From the IMG/VR virus record IMGVR_UViG_3300032303_001542, positions 1 to 36,398 of that record: a stretch of 36,398 nt of DNA; one strand, given 5' to 3'. This document shows positions 9,684 through 18,524 of this stretch, piece by piece. This DNA is from a virus. Lineage: Duplodnaviria; Caudoviricetes. Position 1 is the first letter of the stretch. Each line of letters starts with the position of its first letter. Position numbers and translations under genes: made by a program. Below the pieces are notes generated by a model that had not been told where the DNA came from, made no database searches, and saw only the letters and a program-made list of their open reading frames with translations.

Positions 9684-10723
9684 TGGCATTTCCAAAACAA
9701 ATAAAAAAAACATTACCTTTAGTTCCCGATAAAGAATTATCTGAACGTAGGAGAGAACTATCTCAGTTTATAACTAAAGATGGTACTTATTTACCTAAAT
9801 CCGTATTACACGCAGATTTGGATAGAGGTATGTTAGACTTTGTTAAAAATGATTTACAAATTAAATCTGAAGGAAAGATTGTTCCTATGGTTGATATTAT
9901 ATTAACAACTCAAAATTGGGCTCAGTTCACTGAAACTTGGAGTTTTGTTGATACGGACTTCAATGCTCAGCCCCCATTTGTTACTGTGGTTAGACAACCT
10001 GAAGTTAAATACGGTACAAACCCATCTCTTTTATACACAATACCAAACAGAAAACAATTTTATTTTGCGACAGTCCCTACTTGGAACGGAAACCAACAAG
10101 GTATGGATGTGTATACAATACCTCAACCAGTTCCTGTTGATGTTAATTATAATGTTAAGATTGTTTGTAATAGAATGAGAGAGTTAAATCAATTTAATAA
10201 AGTTGTTTTACAAAAATTCTCATCAAGACAGGCCTATACTTTTATTAAAGGACAATATGTACCAATAGTATCTACAAATATTTCAGATGAATCTGTTATG
10301 GAACTTGATAAAAGAAAGTTTTATATACAGAACTATGATTTTACTATGCTAGGTTACTTGATTGATGAAGAGGAGTTTCAAGTTAAACCAGCAATTAATA
10401 GAGCGTTAATGATGGTTGAGGTAGATACAAATAACAGAAGACAAAAATTACAACCTAAAAGTGAAAATAAAAATACTTTTGAATTAAATTTTGAATACCC
10501 TGTTGGTAATGATAGTTACTTTAAAGATATGAACTACACGATTAATATGGGTGTTGTAAAAACAAATAACGTTAATAGTTATGATGTTTATATAAATGGT
10601 GATTTTTATGGTACGGATATCACTCAAATACCAATAAACACTAATAATACATTACAAGTAGATATAATAAGAAACGATATTACCAAAGATTCAAACATTT
10701 TATTTACAAATAAATTAGTTTAA
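9683..10723 (+). CDS. Tail terminator / sheath stabiliser (T4 gp15-like)
   Basis: 346 aa; PQPVPVDVNYNVKI...MRELNQF and final FTMLGYL pattern; position before the sheath. Confidence 0.55.
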   Translation: MAFPKQIKKTLPLVPDKELSERRRELSQFITKDGTYLPKSVLHADLDRGMLDFVKNDLQIKSEGKIVPMVDIILTTQNWAQFTETWSFVDTDFNAQPPFVTVVRQPEVKYGTNPSLLYTIPNRKQFYFATVPTWNGNQQGMDVYTIPQPVPVDVNYNVKIVCNRMRELNQFNKVVLQKFSSRQAYTFIKGQYVPIVSTNISDESVMELDKRKFYIQNYDFTMLGYLIDEEEFQVKPAINRALMMVEVDTNNRRQKLQPKSENKNTFELNFEYPVGNDSYFKDMNYTINMGVVKTNNVNSYDVYINGDFYGTDITQIPINTNNTLQVDIIRNDITKDSNILFTNKLV

Positions 10724-10887
10724 TTTTCTCCGTAGATATCTTTACTAACTTTACAATTTTCTTTAATTAAGTTTTCTAAAAATTTGTAAATTTTAATTCC
10801 TTTTTTGTCGCAATGTTTTTTAAGTATTGCGTGAGCCTCTTTTGAAATTTTAATATTTTTTATATCTCTATTATCATTCTGTGACAT
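10720..10887 (-). CDS. Small ribbon-helix-helix protein (55 aa, not in ORF track)
   Basis: Manual translation MSQNDNRDIKNIKISKEAHAILKKHCDKKGIKIYKFLENLIKENCKVSKDIYGEN*; TATTTATA on the minus strand at 10922-10929. Confidence 0.7.
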   Translation of the reverse strand: MSQNDNRDIKNIKISKEAHAILKKHCDKKGIKIYKFLENLIKENCKVSKDIYGEN

Positions 10888-11006
10888 AAGCAGAAAATAA
10901 GCAGAATTTTAAGCGCTTCTTTATAAATACTTTTCAAAAAGTAAAGTTTTTTCGTTTATTTACTAATATTTATCTATAAAATAAATCTTAATAGAATAAT
11001 TTAATA

Positions 11007-14000
11007 ATGGCAACAACTCAAACAAATCAAAAAGTATTCGTATCACCTGGCGTGTACACTTCAGAAACGGATTTATCATTCGTGGCTCAAAGTGTCGGTG
11101 TTACAACATTAGGTTTAGTAGGTGAAACTTTAAGAGGTCCTGCTTTTGAACCAATTTTTATAACAAACTATGATGAATTCCAAGCCTTTTTTGGTGGTAC
11201 AGAACCAACAAAATTTGTAAATACACAAATTCCAAAGTATGAAGCGGCGTACATTGCTAAATCATATTTACAACAATCAAATCAATTGTTCGTAACAAGA
11301 ATCCTTGGTTTATCAGGATATGATGCGGGTCCTTCTTGGAGTATAAAAATTAAAGCTAATGTGCAAGGTACTACAGTTGGTATTGATTCTTCAATTGCAA
11401 CCGCTCCTTGGAGTATTGATTTTACAGGGGACACAAATCTTAACACATTTACAATTACAGGTGGTACATTGCCCGCTGAAGTACTTGCAAACTATACAAC
11501 ACAATATAGATTATTGAATGGTAACGTTTCTACGTTGTCTGCAGATTTTAATAATATACTTAATAATTTTGCAAAAACTCCATCAACTACAGCAACAACC
11601 GCAATAGTTTATGGCTCGATAGTTAGCAGTGATTACAATTCTTTATCAGGACAATATTCAATATTGAATAATGTTTTAAGTTGTGATAATTTAGATTTAT
11701 CGGCAAATGATTTAAAATCATCGAATAACGATGCTTGGTATTATGCAAATTTTGAAAATACGACTGGTGATGTTTATACTGGTTATTCATTTAGTTATAG
11801 TGTAACTAATATGGTTACAGGTTCATCTAATACTTTTACAGGTACTGTAACTGGTAATACATACATTTTCTCAGGAACTGCTTGGGAAAATACAAATAAC
11901 TTGGTTGTAGCAACAATTCGCTCTAGAGGTATATCAGAATATAATTCAGACCAACACGGACCACAATATCAAGTATCAGGTACTACAGACCAATTTGGTA
12001 ATTATTTGGGTGATGATTTACAAATGATATGTTCAGGTAGTTACCAATACGTATCATCAAATCCATTTTCAACATTCTTATTGTCAGGATTTACTGTTGA
12101 TAATACTAATTTTTCATTTGAGGTTAGTTTAGACCCATCAAGTAGCAAATATATCACAAAAGTTTTAGGTGAAGATAATTTTGGAAAAAATAGATATCAA
12201 GTACCTATTTTTGTAGAAGAAATTTATGGGGGTGCGTTAACATACTTATATAATAGAGATAGAGTTCGTGGTTTAGATTGTTCTTTAATCGCTCTTCCAG
12301 CGGCTAAAACATTAAGTACTCAATCAATTGCTTGGAATCTTGAACAATATACAACACCTATGACACCTTTCTTAGTTTCAGAATTAAGAGGTAGCAAAGT
12401 ATTCAATTTATTTAGATTTGTTTCAATATCTGATGGAACAGCTGCAAACACAGAGATTAAAGTTTCAATTATAAACATTTCATTTAATAACCAAACATTT
12501 GATGTTATTGTAAGAAGTTTTTTTGATACAGATAAAAATCCTGTGGTTTTAGAAAAATTCACAAGCTGTAATATGGATATCAATTCGAATAGCTTTATCG
12601 CTAAAAAAATTGGTTCTGTTAACGGAGAATTTGCATTAGTATCAAGATATATTATGGTTGAAATGGCGGATGAATATCCGATAGACGCATTACCTTGTGG
12701 ATTCCAAGGATATAACCAAAGAATTTATGGTAGTACAAGTAATTTACCACCATTACCTATATATAAACAAGTTTATTTCAAACCAGGTGATACTATATAT
12801 GACCCACCATTTAACACCGCACAAGGTACAAATTATACGGTATCCAATGGTGATAATGTTAGAAGAACCTATTTAGGTTTTTCAACAATGTTTGGTGTTG
12901 ATGATTCATTCTTACAATATAAAGGTAAACAAAATCCTGTGACTGATTTTGATACGGCAGTTGATTCGGCCGAATGGGGATACAGAACTCAAGGTTTTCA
13001 TATGGATTCGGGTGCAACTGTTGTATTAATATCAAATGGTTTTACTACAAGTGGTACTCCTGCCTTTGCTTGTGGAGATGCAAGTTTCAATAGTGAACCA
13101 ACATCACAAACCAATCCATATTATTTTATATATTCAAGAAAGTTCACCGTATGTTTCGCAGGTGGATTTGACGGATGGGATATATACAGAGAGTATAGAA
13201 CTAACCAAGATAGGTTTGCATTAGGTCAATCAGGTTATTTAGCGGGTGCATCATCTAATCCAAGATATCCAACAGCGACTGGTTACGGTATGTTCAAACA
13301 AATAACAATTAACCAAAATACTGTTGATTGGGCTAATACAGATTATTATGCTTATATTTTAGGTATTGAAACATTTGCAAATCCTGAATCAACTAATATA
13401 AATGTATTTGCACTTTGTGGTGTAGATTACTACAATCATTCAAATGTTGTTGAAGCGGCAATTAATATGGTTCAATATCAGAGAGCGGATTCAATATTTA
13501 TCGCAACTACTCCTGACTATCAAATGTTTGTACCAGATGCTGGAGATTCAATAAATAATATTTTACCAACAGAAGCGGTTGATAACCTAGACCAAACAGG
13601 AATTGATTCAAACTACACCGCAACTTATTACCCTTGGATATTAGTTAGAGATACTGTAAATAATACACAAATATATCTTCCTCCAACAGGTGAAGTTTGT
13701 AGAAACTTAGCATTAACTGATAACATCGCATTTCCTTGGTTCGCATCTGCGGGTTATACAAGAGGTTTAGTTAATTCAGTTAAGGCGAGATTTAAACTCA
13801 CTCAAGAAGATAGAGATACACTTTATCAAGGTAGAATTAACCCAATCGCAACTTTCTCTGACGTTGGTACTGTAATTTGGGGTAATAAAACTTTACAAGT
13901 TGCTGATACCGCTCTTAACAGATTAAATGTTAGAAGATTATTATTACAAGCACGTAAGTTGATTTCTGCAGTTGCTGTTAGATTATTATTTGAACAAAAC

Positions 14001-14228
14001 GACCAAATAGTTAGACAACAATTCTTGGATAGTGTAAATCCAATCTTAGACGCTATCAGAAGAGATAGAGGTTTGTATGATTTCCGTGTAACAGTTTCTT
14101 CTTCTCCTGAAGATTTGGATAGAAACACACTTAACGGTAAAATTTATCTTAAACCAACAAGAGCACTTGAATTCATTAATATTGAATTCTTGATAACTCC
14201 AACAGGTGCTTCATTTGAAAATATATAA
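11007..14228 (+). CDS. Contractile tail sheath protein
   Basis: N-terminal FVSPGVYTSETD; C-terminal WFASAGYTRG, LYQGRINPI, WGNKTL, LNVRRLL, KPTRALEFINIEF; large internal insertions. Confidence 0.95.
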   Translation: MATTQTNQKVFVSPGVYTSETDLSFVAQSVGVTTLGLVGETLRGPAFEPIFITNYDEFQAFFGGTEPTKFVNTQIPKYEAAYIAKSYLQQSNQLFVTRILGLSGYDAGPSWSIKIKANVQGTTVGIDSSIATAPWSIDFTGDTNLNTFTITGGTLPAEVLANYTTQYRLLNGNVSTLSADFNNILNNFAKTPSTTATTAIVYGSIVSSDYNSLSGQYSILNNVLSCDNLDLSANDLKSSNNDAWYYANFENTTGDVYTGYSFSYSVTNMVTGSSNTFTGTVTGNTYIFSGTAWENTNNLVVATIRSRGISEYNSDQHGPQYQVSGTTDQFGNYLGDDLQMICSGSYQYVSSNPFSTFLLSGFTVDNTNFSFEVSLDPSSSKYITKVLGEDNFGKNRYQVPIFVEEIYGGALTYLYNRDRVRGLDCSLIALPAAKTLSTQSIAWNLEQYTTPMTPFLVSELRGSKVFNLFRFVSISDGTAANTEIKVSIINISFNNQTFDVIVRSFFDTDKNPVVLEKFTSCNMDINSNSFIAKKIGSVNGEFALVSRYIMVEMADEYPIDALPCGFQGYNQRIYGSTSNLPPLPIYKQVYFKPGDTIYDPPFNTAQGTNYTVSNGDNVRRTYLGFSTMFGVDDSFLQYKGKQNPVTDFDTAVDSAEWGYRTQGFHMDSGATVVLISNGFTTSGTPAFACGDASFNSEPTSQTNPYYFIYSRKFTVCFAGGFDGWDIYREYRTNQDRFALGQSGYLAGASSNPRYPTATGYGMFKQITINQNTVDWANTDYYAYILGIETFANPESTNINVFALCGVDYYNHSNVVEAAINMVQYQRADSIFIATTPDYQMFVPDAGDSINNILPTEAVDNLDQTGIDSNYTATYYPWILVRDTVNNTQIYLPPTGEVCRNLALTDNIAFPWFASAGYTRGLVNSVKARFKLTQEDRDTLYQGRINPIATFSDVGTVIWGNKTLQVADTALNRLNVRRLLLQARKLISAVAVRLLFEQNDQIVRQQFLDSVNPILDAIRRDRGLYDFRVTVSSSPEDLDRNTLNGKIYLKPTRALEFINIEFLITPTGASFENI

Positions 14229-14239
14229 TATATAAAAAT

Positions 14240-14270
14240 GATAGGGGGTATTTAATTATCTCCTATCTTT
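14240..14270 (+). terminator. Hairpin / putative intrinsic terminator after sheath
   Basis: GATAGGGGGTA-N6-TATCTCCTATC (with G-U pairs) followed by TTT. Confidence 0.5.
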
Positions 14271-14276
14271 GTAATT

Positions 14277-15104
14277 ATGAAAAAATTTATATTAGAAGGT
14301 TTTAGATACGAAAGTACTCCCGATATGAAATATTATGCGTTTGATTGGGATGATAATATTGTTTCTATGCCAACAAAGATTATATTAAAAAATAGTGATG
14401 GTGATGAGGTTGGTATGAGTACCACTGATTTTGCCGAGTATAGACACGATGTTGGAAAAAAAGATTTTAAATATAATGGTGAAACTATTGTAGGTTATGC
14501 TGAAAATCCGTTTAGAAACTTTAGAGTTGAGGGGGATAAACAATTTCTTATTGATGCTATGAGAGCTGAAATAGGGCCAGCGTTTGATGATTTTAGAGAA
14601 GCGATTAATAATGGTTCAATATTTGCAATCATAACCGCAAGAGGACATAATCCCGAGACAATTAAACAAGGGATTTATAACTACATAGTTTCAGGTTTTA
14701 ATGGTATTGATAAAGACCAATTACTTAAGAACTTAAGAAAATATAGAACATTTGCAGATGAAGAGGATTTAAGTGATGAGGAATTAATTAAATCATATTT
14801 GGAACTCAACAAATATAACCCCGTTTCTTTTGGTGATGTTAAAGGTGCTGAAAATCCTGAAGAGGCTAAAATAATTGCGATGGATGATTTTGTTTCTTAT
14901 ATTAGAGCGATGTCTGCATTATTAAATAAGAAGGCTTATATAAAGAAAGATTTGGGAAATAAGTTTTCACCAAAGATGCCAAAAATAGGGTTTTCTGACG
15001 ATGATATTAGAAATTTAGATGCTATGAAAAAGCATTTTGAAGATAAACCAGATAATATTGTTAAAACTATTTCTACTGCTGGAGGTATTAAAAAAGAATA
15101 TTAA
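14277..15104 (+). CDS. HAD-superfamily hydrolase
   Basis: Motif I AFDWDD, motif II IITARG, conserved Lys (EEAK), motif IV GFSDDD. Confidence 0.7.
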   Translation: MKKFILEGFRYESTPDMKYYAFDWDDNIVSMPTKIILKNSDGDEVGMSTTDFAEYRHDVGKKDFKYNGETIVGYAENPFRNFRVEGDKQFLIDAMRAEIGPAFDDFREAINNGSIFAIITARGHNPETIKQGIYNYIVSGFNGIDKDQLLKNLRKYRTFADEEDLSDEELIKSYLELNKYNPVSFGDVKGAENPEEAKIIAMDDFVSYIRAMSALLNKKAYIKKDLGNKFSPKMPKIGFSDDDIRNLDAMKKHFEDKPDNIVKTISTAGGIKKEY

Positions 15105-15250
15105 GTAATTAAGTTAATTTATTTATTAATACTGGATACTAGAACTGGATATAATAAGAATAAAAAAATTAAAATTAAAAGTAAATAGATAAATTTTTCA
15201 AAAAGATACTATTTATAATCAATAAACAAAGAAATTAAAATTTACACAAT

Positions 15251-15739
15251 ATGGCGGATTTATTAATGAAAATGCCCATACCTTATGAACCGAAAAGGCA
15301 GAACCGATTTATTTTGAGATTCCCTTCAAGTTTAGGTATAAATGAGTGGTTTGTTGAGAGTACCTCAAGACCACACATAACAATAAACGCAACTGAAATT
15401 CCTTTTTTGAATACGTCAACGTTTGTTGCGGGTAGATTTAACTGGCAAACAATTAACGTAACCTTTAGAGACCCAATTGGACCTTCAGCTGCTCAGGCAC
15501 TTATGGAATGGGTTCGTTTACACGCAGAATCTGTTACAGGTAGAATGGGTTATGCTGCGGGATATAAGAAAGACGTTGACTTGGAGATGTTAGACCCAAC
15601 AGGCGTTGTTGTTGAGAAATGGATATTATATGGTACATTCTTAACAGATGTTAATTTCAACGCTTTGGCATATAACCAAGATGCACTTGCAACAATTTCG
15701 GCAACATTAAGAATGGATAGATGTGTATTAGTTTACTAA
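15251..15739 (+). CDS. Tail tube protein (T4 gp19-like)
   Basis: 162 aa; EPKRQNRF, AGRFNWQTINVTF, YKKDVDLEMLD...VEKWIL, LRMD; downstream of sheath. Confidence 0.9.
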   Translation: MADLLMKMPIPYEPKRQNRFILRFPSSLGINEWFVESTSRPHITINATEIPFLNTSTFVAGRFNWQTINVTFRDPIGPSAAQALMEWVRLHAESVTGRMGYAAGYKKDVDLEMLDPTGVVVEKWILYGTFLTDVNFNALAYNQDALATISATLRMDRCVLVY

Positions 15740-15771
15740 TATACTATTTATAAAAAAAATAAAACAATTAT

Positions 15772-15817
15772 AATTAACCGTAGGAAAACTATAAACTTTC
15801 TACGGTTAATTTTTTTT
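15772..15817 (+). terminator. Intrinsic terminator after tail tube
   Basis: AATTAACCGTAG...CTACGGTTAATT 12-bp stem followed by a T run. Confidence 0.7.
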
Positions 15818-15819
15818 AT

Positions 15820-16563
15820 ATGGATAATCAATCAAGAGAATACGGACAACAGAATTTAACACTTCCACACGATGTGGTACCACTTCCTTCAGGTGGTGTG
15901 TTTTACAAAAATAAAAAACAATCAGTTAAGGTAGGTTATTTAACTGCGATGGACGAGAACATCATATTGGGTGGAGGAAATGATATCGCACTAAGCTTAC
16001 TAAGGAATAAGATTTACGAACCAGACTTCAAAATAGAAGATATGTTAGAGGGAGACGCAGAAGCGATACTCATCTTTCTTAGAAATACTTCTTTTGGGCC
16101 CGAGTTAACTTTAAATTTAACAGACCCACTAACCAAAAAAGAATTTAAGTCTACCGTTATGTTAGACCAACTTTCTATTGTAAAAGGTATTAATCCATCA
16201 CCTGACGGAACTTTTACAACAACATTACCAAAAACACAATCAACAGTAAAATTAAAGCCATTAACATATGGTGAAATTATTCAATTAAATAATGCACTTG
16301 ATACATACCCACAAGGTAGAGTTCAACCAAAAGTCACATTAAGATTACAAAAAGAAATTGTTGAAATTGACGGTATGACAGATTTAGGTCAAATTGCTAA
16401 ATTTATAGAACAAATGCCAATTGCGGATTCAAAATTCATAAGAAAATTTATAAATGAAAATGAACCAAGATTAGACTTAAGAAAAACAGTACAAACCCCA
16501 TCAGGAGAAAAACTCACAGTTAACGTAGGGTTTGGGGTAGACTTTTTTCGCCCTTTCTTCTGA
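15820..16563 (+). CDS. Tail assembly chaperone / baseplate hub assembly protein (T4 gp26-like), short form
   Basis: VPLPSGGVFY, LTAMDENI, AILIFLR, internal repeat (TTLPKT..VKLKPLT), ends GVDFFRPFF; between tube and tape measure. Confidence 0.75.
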   Translation: MDNQSREYGQQNLTLPHDVVPLPSGGVFYKNKKQSVKVGYLTAMDENIILGGGNDIALSLLRNKIYEPDFKIEDMLEGDAEAILIFLRNTSFGPELTLNLTDPLTKKEFKSTVMLDQLSIVKGINPSPDGTFTTTLPKTQSTVKLKPLTYGEIIQLNNALDTYPQGRVQPKVTLRLQKEIVEIDGMTDLGQIAKFIEQMPIADSKFIRKFINENEPRLDLRKTVQTPSGEKLTVNVGFGVDFFRPFF

Positions 16564-16702
16564 TTATAGAAAATCACAGATAGACGAATTTTATTATTTA
16601 AATACTCTATTACATATAGGTTATTCTGATTTTGAAAAAATGCCATTATTCATAAGAAGATATCTTTTGGATAAATGGATTGAAGAAAATAAAAAGGACT
16701 GA
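16541..16702 (+). CDS. Frameshifted C-terminal extension of tail chaperone (gpGT / gp51-like), no own start codon
   Basis: +1 frame open from TAG (16538-16540) to TGA (16700-16702): (TFF)ALSSDYRKSQIDEFYYLNTLLHIGYSDFEKMPLFIRRYLLDKWIEENKKD*. Overlaps the upstream ORF at TTT_TTT_CGC. Confidence 0.75.
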   Translation, partial: TFFALSSDYRKSQIDEFYYLNTLLHIGYSDFEKMPLFIRRYLLDKWIEENKKD

Positions 16703-16716
16703 TTTTTCAGTCCTTT
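16693..16716 (+). terminator. Hairpin at end of frameshift ORF
   Basis: AAAGGACTGA-TTTT-TCAGTCCTTT, perfect 10-bp stem. Confidence 0.6.
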
Positions 16717-16740
16717 ATCTATTTATATAAAAACTAATTT

Positions 16741-18486
16741 ATGGCCGATATAAAAAGTGAACTCGAACAAATAAAAGATAGTTTAATTGGATTAGGAGCT
16801 GGAATTGTAAAAGAGGCTTTACCATCTTTTGATGGACTTATAAATGCTTTTGATGAAATGACCAAAAAGGCAACATTATTAAATAATGTATTTGGTCAAA
16901 ACAGAACAAGAATTACAGAATTACAACAAGCGGTTGCAGATACTGCGCCAAGAATTGCCGGATTAGGAGGAGATATGAGTGATGTTTTTGATACTATGGA
17001 AGGAGTGTCAAAGGCTTTAAAAAGAAATGTTGTTGGTACGGCGGATGATTATAGTAGGTTATTTGCAGCTCAAAAAATATTGGGAGGGAGCGTACAAGAA
17101 ATGGTATCTGATTTTAATGATATCGGAGTTCAATTTTCCCTTATAGGAGGACAATTAAAAAGTTCAATTGATTATATACAAAATATGGGATTGAATACCA
17201 AGCAAGTTATGCAAGATGTTCAAAATAATATGAAAAGAATAAATGAATTTAATTTTGCTGATGGTGTACAAGGATTAACTAAGATGGCGGCACAGGCAGC
17301 ATTATTTAGATTTGATATGAGTGACACATTCCAATTAATGGAAAAATCATTATCCCCTGATGGTGCAATTGAATTAGCATCCGCATTCCAAAGAATGGGT
17401 GTTGCCGCTGGAGATTTAACAGACCCATTCCAATTAATGTATAAATCTTTAAATGACCCTGCAGGATTACAAAAGAGTATAATTGATATGACAAAAAATT
17501 ATACTGAGTTTGATTCAAAAACAAAAACATTTAAGATAAATCCTGAAGGGATGCTACAACTTAGAGAAATCTCAAAACAAACAGGATTAAGTTATGATAA
17601 TTTAACCAAATCTGCACTTGCAACTGCAAATTTAGATAGGGCTTTTAAACAATTAAGACCAAGTATTAATTTTGAAAAAGAAGAAGATAGGGAATTAATT
17701 GGTAGTATTGCTACTATGAATGAAAAAACTGGTGAGTACGAGATAAATGTTAAAAATGATGTTGGAACGGATATTAAAACAAAATTATCTGACTTATCTC
17801 AAGAACAAATTAATAAACTTTTAGAAGAAGAAAAAAAGAAACCAAAAACGTTAGAAGATTATGCAAAAAACCAAATGGATGCGTTACAAAGTATTATGGC
17901 TGATGCAAGAGCAATAAGAACAAGTTTTGAATTTGGTGTTGTATCGAACGACGAAATGAGAAATTTGTCAGAAAAAATGAGAGATGTTGCAACATCTTCC
18001 GCAACCGAACTGAAAAATTTTCTACCTAAACCCGAAGATTATAGAGGTTTTACATCAGATGCGATAAATAATATTAAAGGTATTGTACAAGAAATGGCAT
18101 CCGGTAATTTGGGTTCTGATAAAATGGTTGAGGCATATAATAAACTTAAAGAACAATTTAATGAAGTTATTAATAAAGGAGATGATAAATCTAAAGCATT
18201 AGTAAGTAAATTAGAAGAAAATTTTAAAAAAATTGTTGACTCACCAAAATTATCTTATAAAGGTAGTTTAGGAACCGCGGCAGGACAACCAACAAAAACA
18301 CCAACAACTTCTAAAGTAGAATTAGGAGGAGGTTTAACATTTAATGTTGTTGCCAGTCCAAATGTTAATAAACAACAATTTGAACAATTTATAAACTCTC
18401 CTGAGTTTAGGGACAAATTTCTTGAAATTTTTAAAAACCTAGACCCAAATGCAAGAGCAACAATTAAAAAATCTTTAGGGTTTTAA
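16741..18486 (+). CDS. Tape measure protein
   Basis: 581 aa, helical A/Q/K/M-rich; immediately after the chaperone/frameshift pair and before the baseplate genes. Confidence 0.7.
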   Translation: MADIKSELEQIKDSLIGLGAGIVKEALPSFDGLINAFDEMTKKATLLNNVFGQNRTRITELQQAVADTAPRIAGLGGDMSDVFDTMEGVSKALKRNVVGTADDYSRLFAAQKILGGSVQEMVSDFNDIGVQFSLIGGQLKSSIDYIQNMGLNTKQVMQDVQNNMKRINEFNFADGVQGLTKMAAQAALFRFDMSDTFQLMEKSLSPDGAIELASAFQRMGVAAGDLTDPFQLMYKSLNDPAGLQKSIIDMTKNYTEFDSKTKTFKINPEGMLQLREISKQTGLSYDNLTKSALATANLDRAFKQLRPSINFEKEEDRELIGSIATMNEKTGEYEINVKNDVGTDIKTKLSDLSQEQINKLLEEEKKKPKTLEDYAKNQMDALQSIMADARAIRTSFEFGVVSNDEMRNLSEKMRDVATSSATELKNFLPKPEDYRGFTSDAINNIKGIVQEMASGNLGSDKMVEAYNKLKEQFNEVINKGDDKSKALVSKLEENFKKIVDSPKLSYKGSLGTAAGQPTKTPTTSKVELGGGLTFNVVASPNVNKQQFEQFINSPEFRDKFLEIFKNLDPNARATIKKSLGF

Positions 18487-18524
18487 AAAATTTAATTTAC
18501 CCTATTTATATAAAAACAGAATAA

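Noticed and set aside
15131-15151. Direct repeat ACTGGATA x2 between the HAD and tube genes
   Set aside because: Only two 8-nt copies, too little to call an iteron, operator or CRISPR repeat.
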